Shown here one piece after another: positions 8,868 through 18,600 of a stretch of 64,000 nt of DNA. The first letter of the stretch is position 1, and every line of letters starts with the position of its first letter. The notes below the pieces were generated by a model. The model was given only the letters and a program-made list of their open reading frames with translations, made no database searches and had not been told where the DNA came from. The position numbers were made by a program, and so were the translations under genes. This DNA is from an uncultured Myxococcales bacterium (GTDB taxonomy: Bacteria; Myxococcota_A; Polyangia; Nannocystales; Nannocystaceae), in assembly GCA_902826865.1 (NCBI GenBank), contig CADEGN010000004.1:830-64829 (forward strand). Direction: 5' to 3'.

Positions 8868-10544
8868 TCATGGATTCGACAACAGCACGGCGACGTCGTC
8901 GTCGGACTGATTCGTTACGAGTAGGTCCGCGACTTCATCGCCGTTTACGTCGCCGGTGGCGAGCGCGCTGGGGGCGTTGCCGACGGTGTACGACTCCGCC
9001 GGGCTAAAACTACCCAGGCCGTTGCCGACCAGGACGTCAACCGCATCGTCTTCCGTGGCGACAACGACGAGGTCGAGATGGGTGTCGCCACTGACTTCAA
9101 CCGCCAGCACGACTGCCGGGCCGGCGCTCGTGGAAAACGGTACGCCTGGGCCGAACCCGCCGATGCCGTTGCCGAGGCCGATCGTCACCTGATCGAGGTC
9201 GCTGCTTGTCACGGCCACGTCGAGGTCGCCATCGCCATTGAAATCCGCCACCGCCACCGCCGAGGTCGTGCCACCCACCTCATAGTTCGTTGCGCTGCCG
9301 AACCCGCCCGAGCCGTTGCCGCCGCGCAGGCTGAGCGCCGAGCCGGCGAGGCTGGCGAGATCGAGGTTGCCGTCACCGGTGAAGTCGGCTGCGGCGACGG
9401 CAACGGGTCCGTTGCCCGCGACGATCGTCGTTTGGGTCGCAAACCCTCCCGCGGCGTTGCCGAGCAACAGGCTGAGGTCATCGCTGCCGTTGTTCGCGAT
9501 CACTAAATCGCGGAGCCCGTCTTCGTCGAAATCGCCCGTCGCGATGGCGCCTGGTTGGGTGCCGACGTCGAAGTTGGTAGCGGCTGCGAATGATCCGCCG
9601 CCGGTTCCTGCCAGGAGCCCAACGGATCCGCCTGCCTCAGCCACGATCACAAGATCGAGCACGGGCGACGTATCGTCGAAGTGACCGGCGAGCATCGCTG
9701 CCGGGTTGTTGCCGACCGCGTACAGCGTGTCGAGGCCGAACTCGCCGGCGCCGTCACCGAGTCGGACGGTGACCTCGTCGTCCCCGCCATTCGCCACCGC
9801 GAGATCGAGCGCGCCATCGTCGTCAAGGTCCGCGACAACGATCGCGCGCGGGCCGGCGCCCACGAGCACACTCGTGCCCATGACGTAGCAGACGTCCCCC
9901 GCATCGGGGCTGCCGTCGGCGCAACCCCCCGGGTCCCCGGTGTCGGTCCCAGAGCTGCTCGCGCCCGATGTTGACGCGTCTGCGGCTGTCGTCCCCGTTG
10001 CCTCGCCGCTGCTCGATGACGCTGCCGATCCGCCGCTGCTCGCCGCGGCCGTTGTACCCGTGTCACCCGTCGAGGAGCCGCCGCTTGTGCCCGTGCCGCC
10101 GATCGGCGCCCCGCCCTGGATGAGCCCGTATGCAAACGACAGCTCAGCATCGTGGCCGATCGCCTTTTGACCCTCGAGATCCAGGTCCGGCTCCGGAAGC
10201 GCGTCGTACTTCGGCCCGGTGTCCTTACCGACGCGCAGCTTCTCGATCTCGTAGTCGCCGACGTCGGTGGTGCCGAAAAAATAGGTGACGGTGGCGTCAG
10301 CCGCGAGCGGCATGTTCGGCTGAACCCGAAACGCCTTGCCGATCGTCGGCGTGTTGGGCTGGTCGGTAATGCTGACATCGATGGCACTCGCCAGTGCCCC
10401 GGCCGGGATAGAGATCGTCAGGATCCCGTCGGCCGAGGTGATACTGCCACCATCGGGTCCGATCACCTTGGTGGCGCCCGGGGTGCTGTCGATGATGTCG
10501 TCGTCTCCGCCTCCGCAGGCGACGGGGCACAGAGATAACAGCAT
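8868..10544 (-). CDS. FG-GAP/VCBS-repeat (integrin-alpha-like propeller) lipoprotein
   Basis: The internal ATG gives MLLSLCPVACGG (lipobox). A Ser/Gly/Thr linker is followed by repeated FG-GAP calcium-loop motifs (ADLDDDGALDLAVANGG, GDFDEDGLRDLVIANNG, ADFTGDGNLDL, ADFNGDGDLDVAV, GDVNGDEVADLLV). Confidence 0.8.
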   Translation of the reverse strand: MLLSLCPVACGGGDDDIIDSTPGATKVIGPDGGSITSADGILTISIPAGALASAIDVSITDQPNTPTIGKAFRVQPNMPLAADATVTYFFGTTDVGDYEIEKLRVGKDTGPKYDALPEPDLDLEGQKAIGHDAELSFAYGLIQGGAPIGGTGTSGGSSTGDTGTTAAASSGGSAASSSSGEATGTTAADASTSGASSSGTDTGDPGGCADGSPDAGDVCYVMGTSVLVGAGPRAIVVADLDDDGALDLAVANGGDDEVTVRLGDGAGEFGLDTLYAVGNNPAAMLAGHFDDTSPVLDLVIVAEAGGSVGLLAGTGGGSFAAATNFDVGTQPGAIATGDFDEDGLRDLVIANNGSDDLSLLLGNAAGGFATQTTIVAGNGPVAVAAADFTGDGNLDLASLAGSALSLRGGNGSGGFGSATNYEVGGTTSAVAVADFNGDGDLDVAVTSSDLDQVTIGLGNGIGGFGPGVPFSTSAGPAVVLAVEVSGDTHLDLVVVATEDDAVDVLVGNGLGSFSPAESYTVGNAPSALATGDVNGDEVADLLVTNQSDDDVAVLLSNP

Positions 10545-10606
10545 CGCTAAAGAACGACCGCGCACCGCATTACCGTAGCATGGGAGTCCGAGTCTGGCCG
10601 CGAGGA

Positions 10607-12052
10607 TCAATCGCCCGCGTATCGCCCTCGTATCTCGCCCTCGTATCGGGGGGGTACGAGTGGGCCGCCCCCCGGGTTCGGGTCGCGCGCGGAACCAGGC
10701 GGCTGCACATCAGGCGGGTGGCGTTGTGCCCCGGCTGTTGCCTCCGGCCCTTGGGCGCGATGCCACGCGCCGAGGGCGTTGCGGGCGAGATCCGGGCCGT
10801 CGGCGGCCGCTGCCCCCGTACGCGAGCGGCCGCGAATCGGCCGGGGCATCGCGTGTAGCAAGGGCAAGCCGACGGCAAAGATCGCGACGGTCGTCGTAAC
10901 GGCTGCGACCACCATCACCGTAATGGCGTCGCCACCCGCTACGCCCGCGCGGGCAGGTAGGGTCGCTAGCACCGCGGCCGCCATCCCTCGCGGCAACGAG
11001 ATCGTGACCACCTTGCGTTGGTCGTAGCTGTATCCGGATCCGCGCAGAGTTGCCCAAACCGACACGGCGCGGACGACGAAGCAGACAGCGCCGAAGAGCG
11101 CCCCAAACAGCAGCAGTGACCATGGCGGACCGAGCATCAAGCCCACGAACGTAAACACGAGGGCTTTGAACACGAAGGTGATCTGGCCGTGGACCGCCTC
11201 GAGCGCCGGATCGGTCGTGGTGCCGACATACACCTCCGCGACATCGAATCGTTTGGCCAGTGCCGGGGCATTGGCCAAGATGACCGCGAACACCAGCAGC
11301 GCAACCGCGGGACTTCCGCCCGCGACATCGACGATCGCATAGACCGCACACAGTGCGCCGATGGTCAGCGGATAAGTGATCGGTCGGCGGCCAAGACGTG
11401 CCGAGATCGGAACCCACGCGATCGCAAGGATCGCACCGAGAACGCAGGCGACGGCGAGGTCGACGAGCAACGACACAACCGCACCGTGATCGCTCGTGGC
11501 AGCGCCCGGCATCACACTGATCACCGCCACTGTCACAAGCACGCACAGGACGTCGGTAATCGCCGACTCCAGGTTCACCAGCTTGGCGACACTGTCGGCG
11601 ACACGTCCGAGACGCATGCTCGGCATTACGACGAGGGCGCTAGACCCGCCCAGTGTTGCTCCGAGCACGACGCCGTGGCCGAAGCTCCAGCCCTCGAACG
11701 CGCCCAAGGCGGCGAGCGCACCGCTCAGCAGTGCGATGGCCAGTGTTGTGGCCGTGAACCCCGCAACCGCCAAGAGTACGGCGCGCGGTCCTGTCTGGCG
11801 AAGATCGTCAAGCGCAAGTCGCCCCCCGGCATCGAACAGCACGACGACCAACGCGAGGCCGCCGACGTACGGGAGCACCGCACGCAGGACCCCGGGCTCG
11901 ATCGCGCCGGTCGCACCAAGGACGATTCCAAACACCACCAAGCCCACCACGTCGGGCACCCGTGTGCGCTCGAACAGCAGCTCTCCGATGGCGCCCACGA
12001 CGAGCACCCCGGCGAGCCCAAGTAGGAACGCCGCGACCGGATCCACGTTCAA
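10607..12052 (-). CDS. Cation:proton antiporter (Na+/H+ exchanger family)
   Basis: 481-aa polytopic membrane protein with an N-terminus typical of CPA antiporters (LLGLAGVLVVGAIGELLFERTRVPDVVGLVVFGIVLG). The non-ATG start (TTG 12052 or GTG 12046) overlaps the stop of the upstream peroxidase gene. Confidence 0.8.
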   Translation of the reverse strand: MNVDPVAAFLLGLAGVLVVGAIGELLFERTRVPDVVGLVVFGIVLGATGAIEPGVLRAVLPYVGGLALVVVLFDAGGRLALDDLRQTGPRAVLLAVAGFTATTLAIALLSGALAALGAFEGWSFGHGVVLGATLGGSSALVVMPSMRLGRVADSVAKLVNLESAITDVLCVLVTVAVISVMPGAATSDHGAVVSLLVDLAVACVLGAILAIAWVPISARLGRRPITYPLTIGALCAVYAIVDVAGGSPAVALLVFAVILANAPALAKRFDVAEVYVGTTTDPALEAVHGQITFVFKALVFTFVGLMLGPPWSLLLFGALFGAVCFVVRAVSVWATLRGSGYSYDQRKVVTISLPRGMAAAVLATLPARAGVAGGDAITVMVVAAVTTTVAIFAVGLPLLHAMPRPIRGRSRTGAAAADGPDLARNALGAWHRAQGPEATAGAQRHPPDVQPPGSARDPNPGGGPLVPPRYEGEIRGRYAGD

Positions 12053-13278
12053 CCCGGATCCGGCTTGGGTGTCTTGGGCCCAGAAGGCGGCAGCTCGGGT
12101 ACCGCGATTGCGTCCATTGGTGGCGTGCCAGTTAGCGAGCCGAGAAACGCGACGACAGCCGCCACCTCGCCATCGGCGAGCTTGCCGCGGGCCGCCTGGT
12201 GCTCGGCCATGAGCTGCACGATCGTCGCGAGGTCCGCGACCGAACCATCGTGGAGGTACGGGGCCGTCTCGGCCACGTTGCGCAAGCTCGGGACCTTGAA
12301 CACAAACCTATCTGCTGCGCTCTTTGTTACCTCAGCGCGACCTTCATCGGTGAGACCCGGCCAAGGCTTCACGGTGCCGAGCTTTTGGAACATGGTGCCA
12401 CCCACGGTGGCGCCGGTGTGGCATTGGGTGCAGCCCACGTCGAGGAACAGCTGCAGTCCGCGCAATTCCTCGGCTGATAGCGCGGTGAGGTCGCCACCCA
12501 TGAACGCGTCGAACTTCGCCGGCGTGATCAGTTGGCGTTCAAAGGCCGCGATGGCCTTGGCGACGTTGTCGTAGCTGATCGGCTTACGCTCGCCGGGAAA
12601 CGCCTTCGCGAACGCGTCCTCATAGCCGGGGATCGACTCGAGGGTGGTGAGTACGGCGGCTTCGTCGGGCATCGCCATCTCCACAGGATTAAGGATCGGG
12701 CCCTTGGCTTGGCTCTCCAGGTCTTCCGCGCGTCCGTCCCAGAACTGCACGAAGTGGAGGCCCGCGTTGTAAACGCTCGGGGTGTTGCGTCCACCGAGTT
12801 GGCCCTTGTGGCCCACGGAAGTCTTGGTGCGCGCGCCATCGCGGGTGTCCGCGTCGATCCCATAGTGGTCCAACTCGTGGCAGCTCGCGCACGAGATGTC
12901 GTGGTTCTTCGACAGGCGGGTTTCGAAAAAGAGTTGGCGACCTAGGGCGATCTTCTCGGGCGTGCTTGGGTTTGTTTCGCTGCGAATCTCACGGGGCAGG
13001 GCGCCGAGAATCGGCTTGGCCCGCTCAAGAAGCGCAGCCGGAGAGACAGGCGGCGCCCCGGGGGACGTCGCCGCGCCGGCTTTGTCGTCGAACCCCTCTC
13101 GAACCGAGCCCTCGGCGCGGCGCTTGTGGACTGCGACTTCGTCGCGTCGGTCGCACGCCGCCCCGGCAAAGGCGGCAACGGCGACGACGGACCAGACCAG
13201 TCGTTGTCCCGCGTTGAGCTCGGTTCGATGTGCCAAGGGCAGGGGGCGGGCGCTGCGCGAGATTCGATCGTCGGTCAT
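12049..13278 (-). CDS. Di-haem cytochrome c peroxidase (CCP/MauG family) lipoprotein
   Basis: Two CxxCH haem sites (CASCH, CTQCH) with the spacing and context of bacterial CCP (..RNTPSVYNAGL..FWDGRA..). The ATG at 13278 gives a TM/lipobox segment (VAVAAFAGAAC). Confidence 0.85.
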   Translation of the reverse strand: MTDDRISRSARPLPLAHRTELNAGQRLVWSVVAVAAFAGAACDRRDEVAVHKRRAEGSVREGFDDKAGAATSPGAPPVSPAALLERAKPILGALPREIRSETNPSTPEKIALGRQLFFETRLSKNHDISCASCHELDHYGIDADTRDGARTKTSVGHKGQLGGRNTPSVYNAGLHFVQFWDGRAEDLESQAKGPILNPVEMAMPDEAAVLTTLESIPGYEDAFAKAFPGERKPISYDNVAKAIAAFERQLITPAKFDAFMGGDLTALSAEELRGLQLFLDVGCTQCHTGATVGGTMFQKLGTVKPWPGLTDEGRAEVTKSAADRFVFKVPSLRNVAETAPYLHDGSVADLATIVQLMAEHQAARGKLADGEVAAVVAFLGSLTGTPPMDAIAVPELPPSGPKTPKPDPG

Positions 13279-13449
13279 GGAAGTCAATCCACCCGCCGGT
13301 GCGGGCGCCCCATCGTTTACCAGCCTCTGCAAGGAGCGCAAGTCTGCGACGCCGGTGCAGCGCCACCGCCGGTGCCCGAGCGCGCCCAGCTGCGCCGACG
13401 AAATAGACGGCTTGCTGCGCCGATGCGTCGCTGTCACGCTTGGGGGGCC

Positions 13450-13992
13450 ATGTCGAAGACCTCGTTCGCCGGTTTCCCCTCGATCGCGCTTGCCGGCTTC
13501 GCTTTGCTAGGATTCGCCGGCGGGTGTGGCAGCTCATCGAACGCGCCGACCGAGCGTCTGTGGGTTTCGGGCGTGCCAACCTCCACGAGGGCTGAAATCT
13601 CAGCGTTTGTGACCACGCGAACGGGTGAAGGAAAATTCCTCGGGGCCTTCTTCAGTGGCTCGCTGTTGCGCGGCAAGCACGACGTGTTTGAGTGGGAAGA
13701 CGACGGAGCGGATGCGGCGAAGCTCAAGTTCCTCCAAGATGGCAAGGTTCGCCGCATTCGCATCGAACCGTGCAAGCCGTCCACCGGATTTGATCGATGC
13801 ATCTTGGTGCACGGCGACCCCACCGGCAAGGTTCGCTACCAGTCGCGCAAGCGTTGGACGGTGAAGCGACCCGGCGGGAAGAAGGATCTCGCGACGCTGG
13901 TCCCGAGCGTGATGGCCGAGCTCGGTGAAGAGGATCGTGACCTGGCGGCATTCACCTCGGCCGACGTTGAGCCCATCGCGGACGCGCCGTGA
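13450..13992 (+). CDS. Hypothetical lipoprotein (first gene of the overlap-coupled trio)
   Basis: The ATG at 13450 gives MSKTSFAGFPSIALAGFALLGFAGGC (lipobox). No domain recognised. Its stop overlaps the next start (GTGA). Confidence 0.6.
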   Translation: MSKTSFAGFPSIALAGFALLGFAGGCGSSSNAPTERLWVSGVPTSTRAEISAFVTTRTGEGKFLGAFFSGSLLRGKHDVFEWEDDGADAAKLKFLQDGKVRRIRIEPCKPSTGFDRCILVHGDPTGKVRYQSRKRWTVKRPGGKKDLATLVPSVMAELGEEDRDLAAFTSADVEPIADAP

Positions 13993-15641
13993 GTGATGCC
14001 GCGACGGTCGACGAGCTGCTGCGGCGGCTCGTCGATCAGTTTGAGTCGCCCTACGATTTCCTGCGCGAGTTGGTCCAAAATTCCATGGACGCGGGCAGCG
14101 ACCGCGTCGATGTCGCCCTCTATGTCCACGAGACCACCGGCGGCGAAGTCGTGTTTGAGCTCGAGTGCACGGACGCCGGCGCCGGCATGGACGAGGCGAT
14201 CATCGACGGCGAGCTCACGCGCCTGTTCGCCAGCTCGAAGAGCGGCGATCGAACGATGGCGGGCGGGTTCGGTGTCGGCTTCGTCAGCGTGTTCGCGTGG
14301 GAGCCCCACGCTGTGCTGGTCCAGACGGGGCGCCAGGGGCAGGCCTGGGAGCTGCTCTTTCATGCCGATCGGACGTTCGAGAAGCACGCGCTAGCCGAAC
14401 CCTTCGAGGGGACGAGCGTCCGGTTGTTCCGCCTCGGGCGGCTCGAGCAGCGCCCTCAGATCGCGGCCGCAATCCGCGACAGCTTGTGGCGCTGGTGTCG
14501 CTACTGCGCCTGCGACATCGAGTTCACGGACGCGCATGTTGGCCGCGTTGAGCGCATCAAAGACGAATCGAACGGCACGGAGGATCCGCTCACTGCGGTT
14601 CACCAGGTCGGCGATACCACCGTGCGCGTGGCGTTCGGGATACCTCCCCATGTCGTGCTGCTGCGCCGGGGGCTCGTGCTGGCGGAGGGATCGCCCACCC
14701 AGCATCTTGCCCGCGTGGCTCCGGTTCTCAGCACGTCATTCGAGCACCTACGCGTGTGGGCGGACTCTTCCGCGTTGCGCACCGACATCGGCCGAGATCA
14801 CGTTATCGATGATGTGGGCCGTCGTGGGGTCGAGCAGATTGTCTCCGAGCTTGTGGTTGGATTGCGCGACGATCTCATCGCGCGGCTCGAGGGCATGGCG
14901 TCGGCCTCGGGACCCTGGACGGTCGAGGTTCACGCGAACTACGGCTATCTGCATGCCCACTTGGCGTGCGAACGCGACTCGATCGGCTCCGCCCTCGATA
15001 AGCGTGGTGTCTTGCGGCGGGCGATCGGTGGCGCAACGAGCGTGGCGGCGCTTGTGCGTCGTGCGAGTTGGGGTGTGGTGGCGACGGTGGTTCCGGCGCG
15101 CGCAGGCGAACCGCAGGTCGCCGTCGCTGATCGGGGGGGTGTTCCGGTACTCATCGCCGATCGCGAGGACGCAGGGGCGTGGCTTCGCGCCTGGCTGGAC
15201 ACGTTCGACGTCGAGTTGGTTGAGCTTGACGCCAATGTGCGCGCGGTGACGGCAGCGGCCGGCGATGGCGCAACCCTTGCTGGATTGGTGGCGGCGATCC
15301 TCGTGAAGGCTGGTGTCGCGAGCGAGGTCTGTGTCGGTTCGTTTGATGGTCCCGCCGATCAGGTGTGGGGCCTGCAGCTCTCGGCCGACCCGCCAAGCGT
15401 GGTCGTGGGGGTGCGTCGGTTTGCCGCCGATCAACGGGTGGTCGTCTGGCTGGACGCCCGCCATGTACTCGTGCGGGCGGCGATGATCGAATACACCGTG
15501 CGGCCGCTGGTAGCCGCCGCGACGCTGGCGTTTGCGGTTGTTGGCACGCTGCCGCGCGGCGCGATCGATCTCGACGATGTTGCCGATGCGGTCGACGAGC
15601 TCGCGGCTTCGGCGGCGTCGCGTCCCGCGGAGGGATCGTGA
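13989..15641 (+). CDS. Hsp90/sacsin-like GHKL (Bergerat-fold) ATPase with an unassigned C-terminal ~400 aa
   Basis: N box YDFLRELVQNSMDAG, G1 box TDAGAGMD, and G2/lid FASSKSGDRTMAGGFGVGFVSVF, ordered and spaced as in Hsp90 N-domains. The rest of the protein resembles nothing I can name. Confidence 0.75.
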   Translation: MSDAATVDELLRRLVDQFESPYDFLRELVQNSMDAGSDRVDVALYVHETTGGEVVFELECTDAGAGMDEAIIDGELTRLFASSKSGDRTMAGGFGVGFVSVFAWEPHAVLVQTGRQGQAWELLFHADRTFEKHALAEPFEGTSVRLFRLGRLEQRPQIAAAIRDSLWRWCRYCACDIEFTDAHVGRVERIKDESNGTEDPLTAVHQVGDTTVRVAFGIPPHVVLLRRGLVLAEGSPTQHLARVAPVLSTSFEHLRVWADSSALRTDIGRDHVIDDVGRRGVEQIVSELVVGLRDDLIARLEGMASASGPWTVEVHANYGYLHAHLACERDSIGSALDKRGVLRRAIGGATSVAALVRRASWGVVATVVPARAGEPQVAVADRGGVPVLIADREDAGAWLRAWLDTFDVELVELDANVRAVTAAAGDGATLAGLVAAILVKAGVASEVCVGSFDGPADQVWGLQLSADPPSVVVGVRRFAADQRVVVWLDARHVLVRAAMIEYTVRPLVAAATLAFAVVGTLPRGAIDLDDVADAVDELAASAASRPAEGS

Positions 15642-18600
15642 TGGACGATCGCGTGGCCGGGGTTGTGGCCGCACGTCGGCTGTCCCGTGGTCGCGCTGAT
15701 ACGCGGCGCTTCACCATCGAACGCGTCGAGGCTCGCCTACGCTTGCGCGATCGTCCGGGGTCCGACGCGCACGAATGGAGCCTTGTGCTCGTGCGTGGCC
15801 TGCTTGCCCTCGCGGATGCGGCCACGGTCACGCTGATTGCCCAACCGGCAGAGGCCGGCGGTGGACTTGTGCTCGAGATCGGCATCGATCCCAGCGTCCT
15901 TGTCGGCCTCAAGCTCGCCGATCTCCTGGACGCGGCGATAAATCCGGATCCTGGTCCTGGCAGCGGTAGCCTTGGGCATCGCCAAGAGCGCTTCGTCCGT
16001 CTGATCGGTCGCGCACTCAACGAAGCGCTCGCTGCCGATCCAGATGCGATTACCATCGTGATTCCAGACGCCGGGCGCCGAGTCGAGCGCGTGCCTGGCA
16101 GTTCCGCCGATGACCCCTACGCGGAGCGTCCTTACGCGGGGCACGGCCGCGCGGGTCAGATCCGCATCGAGATCAAAGGACGGGCGAGCAAAGCTCTGTT
16201 CGGGAGCGGCTGGCGCCCGGATCGTGTCGCCCGACAGTTGGTGCAGCGCTGGCGTGAGCGGGTCCCAGGGCTGGTCGATCGTGGTTCGAACGCGGTCGAT
16301 CTCCGCGCCGTCCCGCCCGGGCAGTTTGTTCGGCTTGGAGCCATTGCGCGTTGGTGGCCGCGCTCGGAGTCCGGCCCGCTGTTGCTGATGCGCGATGGGG
16401 TGCTCGTCCCGGGCGTGATGGAACGCGCCGTCGCCGAACGCGTCCCGGTGGGGCGCATGGCCGGGGTTGTCGAGGCGCCATTCGTTCATCTCGTCGTCGA
16501 CGAGACGGCGATCGTTCGCGATAGTGCCCTCGACGAACTCATCGCGTGGCTGCTCGATGCCCAGGCGCACGCGATTCGCTCGGGCGACGGGGATGACCAC
16601 ACCACAGCGATTACCGCGGTCGAGTTTCCCACCACGCTGGCGGCCGTCGAGACCGCCGCAGGCGTGGCTGTGCCGCTGGAGACCCTGCAACAGACCACGA
16701 AGCCCGGCCCCGAGTTCTACTACGCGTGGAGGCCCGACGCAGCCGCTGTGCCGAGCGCACTGCGCACGACAACGCTAATTTTGTGGCCAAGCGAGCGCGA
16801 GTTGCTCGAGCGGGCGATGCCGGATCTTCAGCTCGTACCGTTGCAGGTATTGCAGATGGCGAGGGGAGGGTGGTCCGATCTCACGGCGATCGAGCAGGGT
16901 AGCCTCCCGGCGCTTCCGTTGGGGGCGGCGAACTGGAACGCCTCCGATCGGGAGATCGCGATTGACCTGTCTGTGCTTGTTCATCGGCATCCCGTCGGGC
17001 AGCGGGGCGCCGCGATCCTGCTCGGGTTTGAGCGCCGGCTCGCCGAGGGTGACCCAAGCGAGGTGATCCCCGGCATCACCCTCGTCGGTCGCGTCGATCG
17101 CCTCTTCGCTGAGACGGCGGCGCGGGCGGTCACCCATCCCGAGTATCGCGCCAGCGCCATCGCAACGATGGTGGCCAAGGCACGCGCGCAGATGTCGGAA
17201 ATCGTGGCCTACGCCCTTCGTCACGACCAAGACGACGGCGGTCTGCGTGTGCCGGTGGTTCGCGCGGCGGTCGCCAGTTGCTCGGCCGCTACGCTCGGGC
17301 TCCGCTACGTTGTCAGCACGGCGGGCGTTCGCTTGGCGTGGGAGGACAGTCCGTTGACGCAGCTGGTGGTGGCGCAGACGCGTGATGGCGTGAAGCGGAC
17401 GCTGGGCGCTGCGTTGGTCCGCGCGCGTGACGTCGGGGGCATTGTCATCGGAGACCCGACCCATCGCTGGCATGTGCTCGAGCAAGATGAAGAGGTTTGG
17501 CTGCCGACCGCCGTCGGTCGCGACTTGTTGGCCCGGGTGCTGCCAGCCGCAGCGCTGTGGACAATGCCGTGTGTACCCGCGAGTCAGATCCACGTGGCGC
17601 CGGCGGCAGAGCAGCGCCGCCTGCTACTCGATCGCGAGGAGGTCGCACGCTCGTTGCTGCGGGTTGCCAGCGACCCGCGCGCGCGTTCGCTGCTTCTCGG
17701 TCACCTGCTCGTTGCGCGGGCGCTTGGCGAGTCGACACAGGGCCTCGCCGACATCGCGTTGCTGTCGATCTTCGATCCGCGGGCCGTTACGGCCCAGCGG
17801 CTGTGGTCGTCGACCATGCGCGCGAACGACCGGCGTCGATTCGCTCTTGCACCGTGGTCGACGGCGACGCGCGATCTTACCGGTTGCGTCGTCGAGGCTT
17901 CGCCGGGTGAAGCGGCGCTCTTGCACGAAGTCATGGGGCTCGGTGTCGATGTCGAAGAAGGGGGCGAGCCGCTGACGTCGCCCACGAATGCGGCCGCTTC
18001 ACCTGTCGGAGTGCGGACGCCGAGTCCGCTCTTGTCGTTGCCGATCGCTGACGCGCTTGCGGTCGGTGCGATCCACTTGTTTGCCGAGGAGGATCGGCCC
18101 GCGATTGAGCTGTGGGCGGCCGGATTGCGGGTCGGCGAGATGTCGCTGCCGAGCCCTCTTGCGGCGATTGGCGGGCGGCTGTGGCTCTCCGATGCCGGGG
18201 TGCGTGCAGGCCACGCGGGAATCGAAAACATGCTGCTCACCCATGGCCGCGTGTTTGTTCGCACCGCCCTGGCCAGCGTCGCGCTGACGCCTCCCGGAAC
18301 CGCGCGGCGCCGGACGTTGCGTCGCTTCATCGATCACGTTCGCGCGGCGGTCGCTGCGGGGGGCGATCGTTTTCGCCTCGCGCCGATCGTCGCCGAGCGA
18401 CGTGCTCCGGCCGTGCTCGGCAACGATCACGCGAAGGCGGTGCGACTTCCTCAGCTGCGGCGGTTGTGGCTGTCCACGCTGCTGCGGCACGCTCTCGGCC
18501 GCCCGCACAAGATCGACAGCGCATGGCTATCGTGGACCGCGGCGCAGCTCCGCGATCCGTCGGCGCCGATCTGGGAGATCGAGCTGGGATCACGCCATCG

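Noticed and set aside
8836-8871. Second ATGA-coupled mini-ORF (11 codons, MNVLRARPGVA*) after the other FG-GAP gene
   Set aside because: Too short to evaluate, with no coding bias signal. ATGA at a stop is expected by chance at this frequency.
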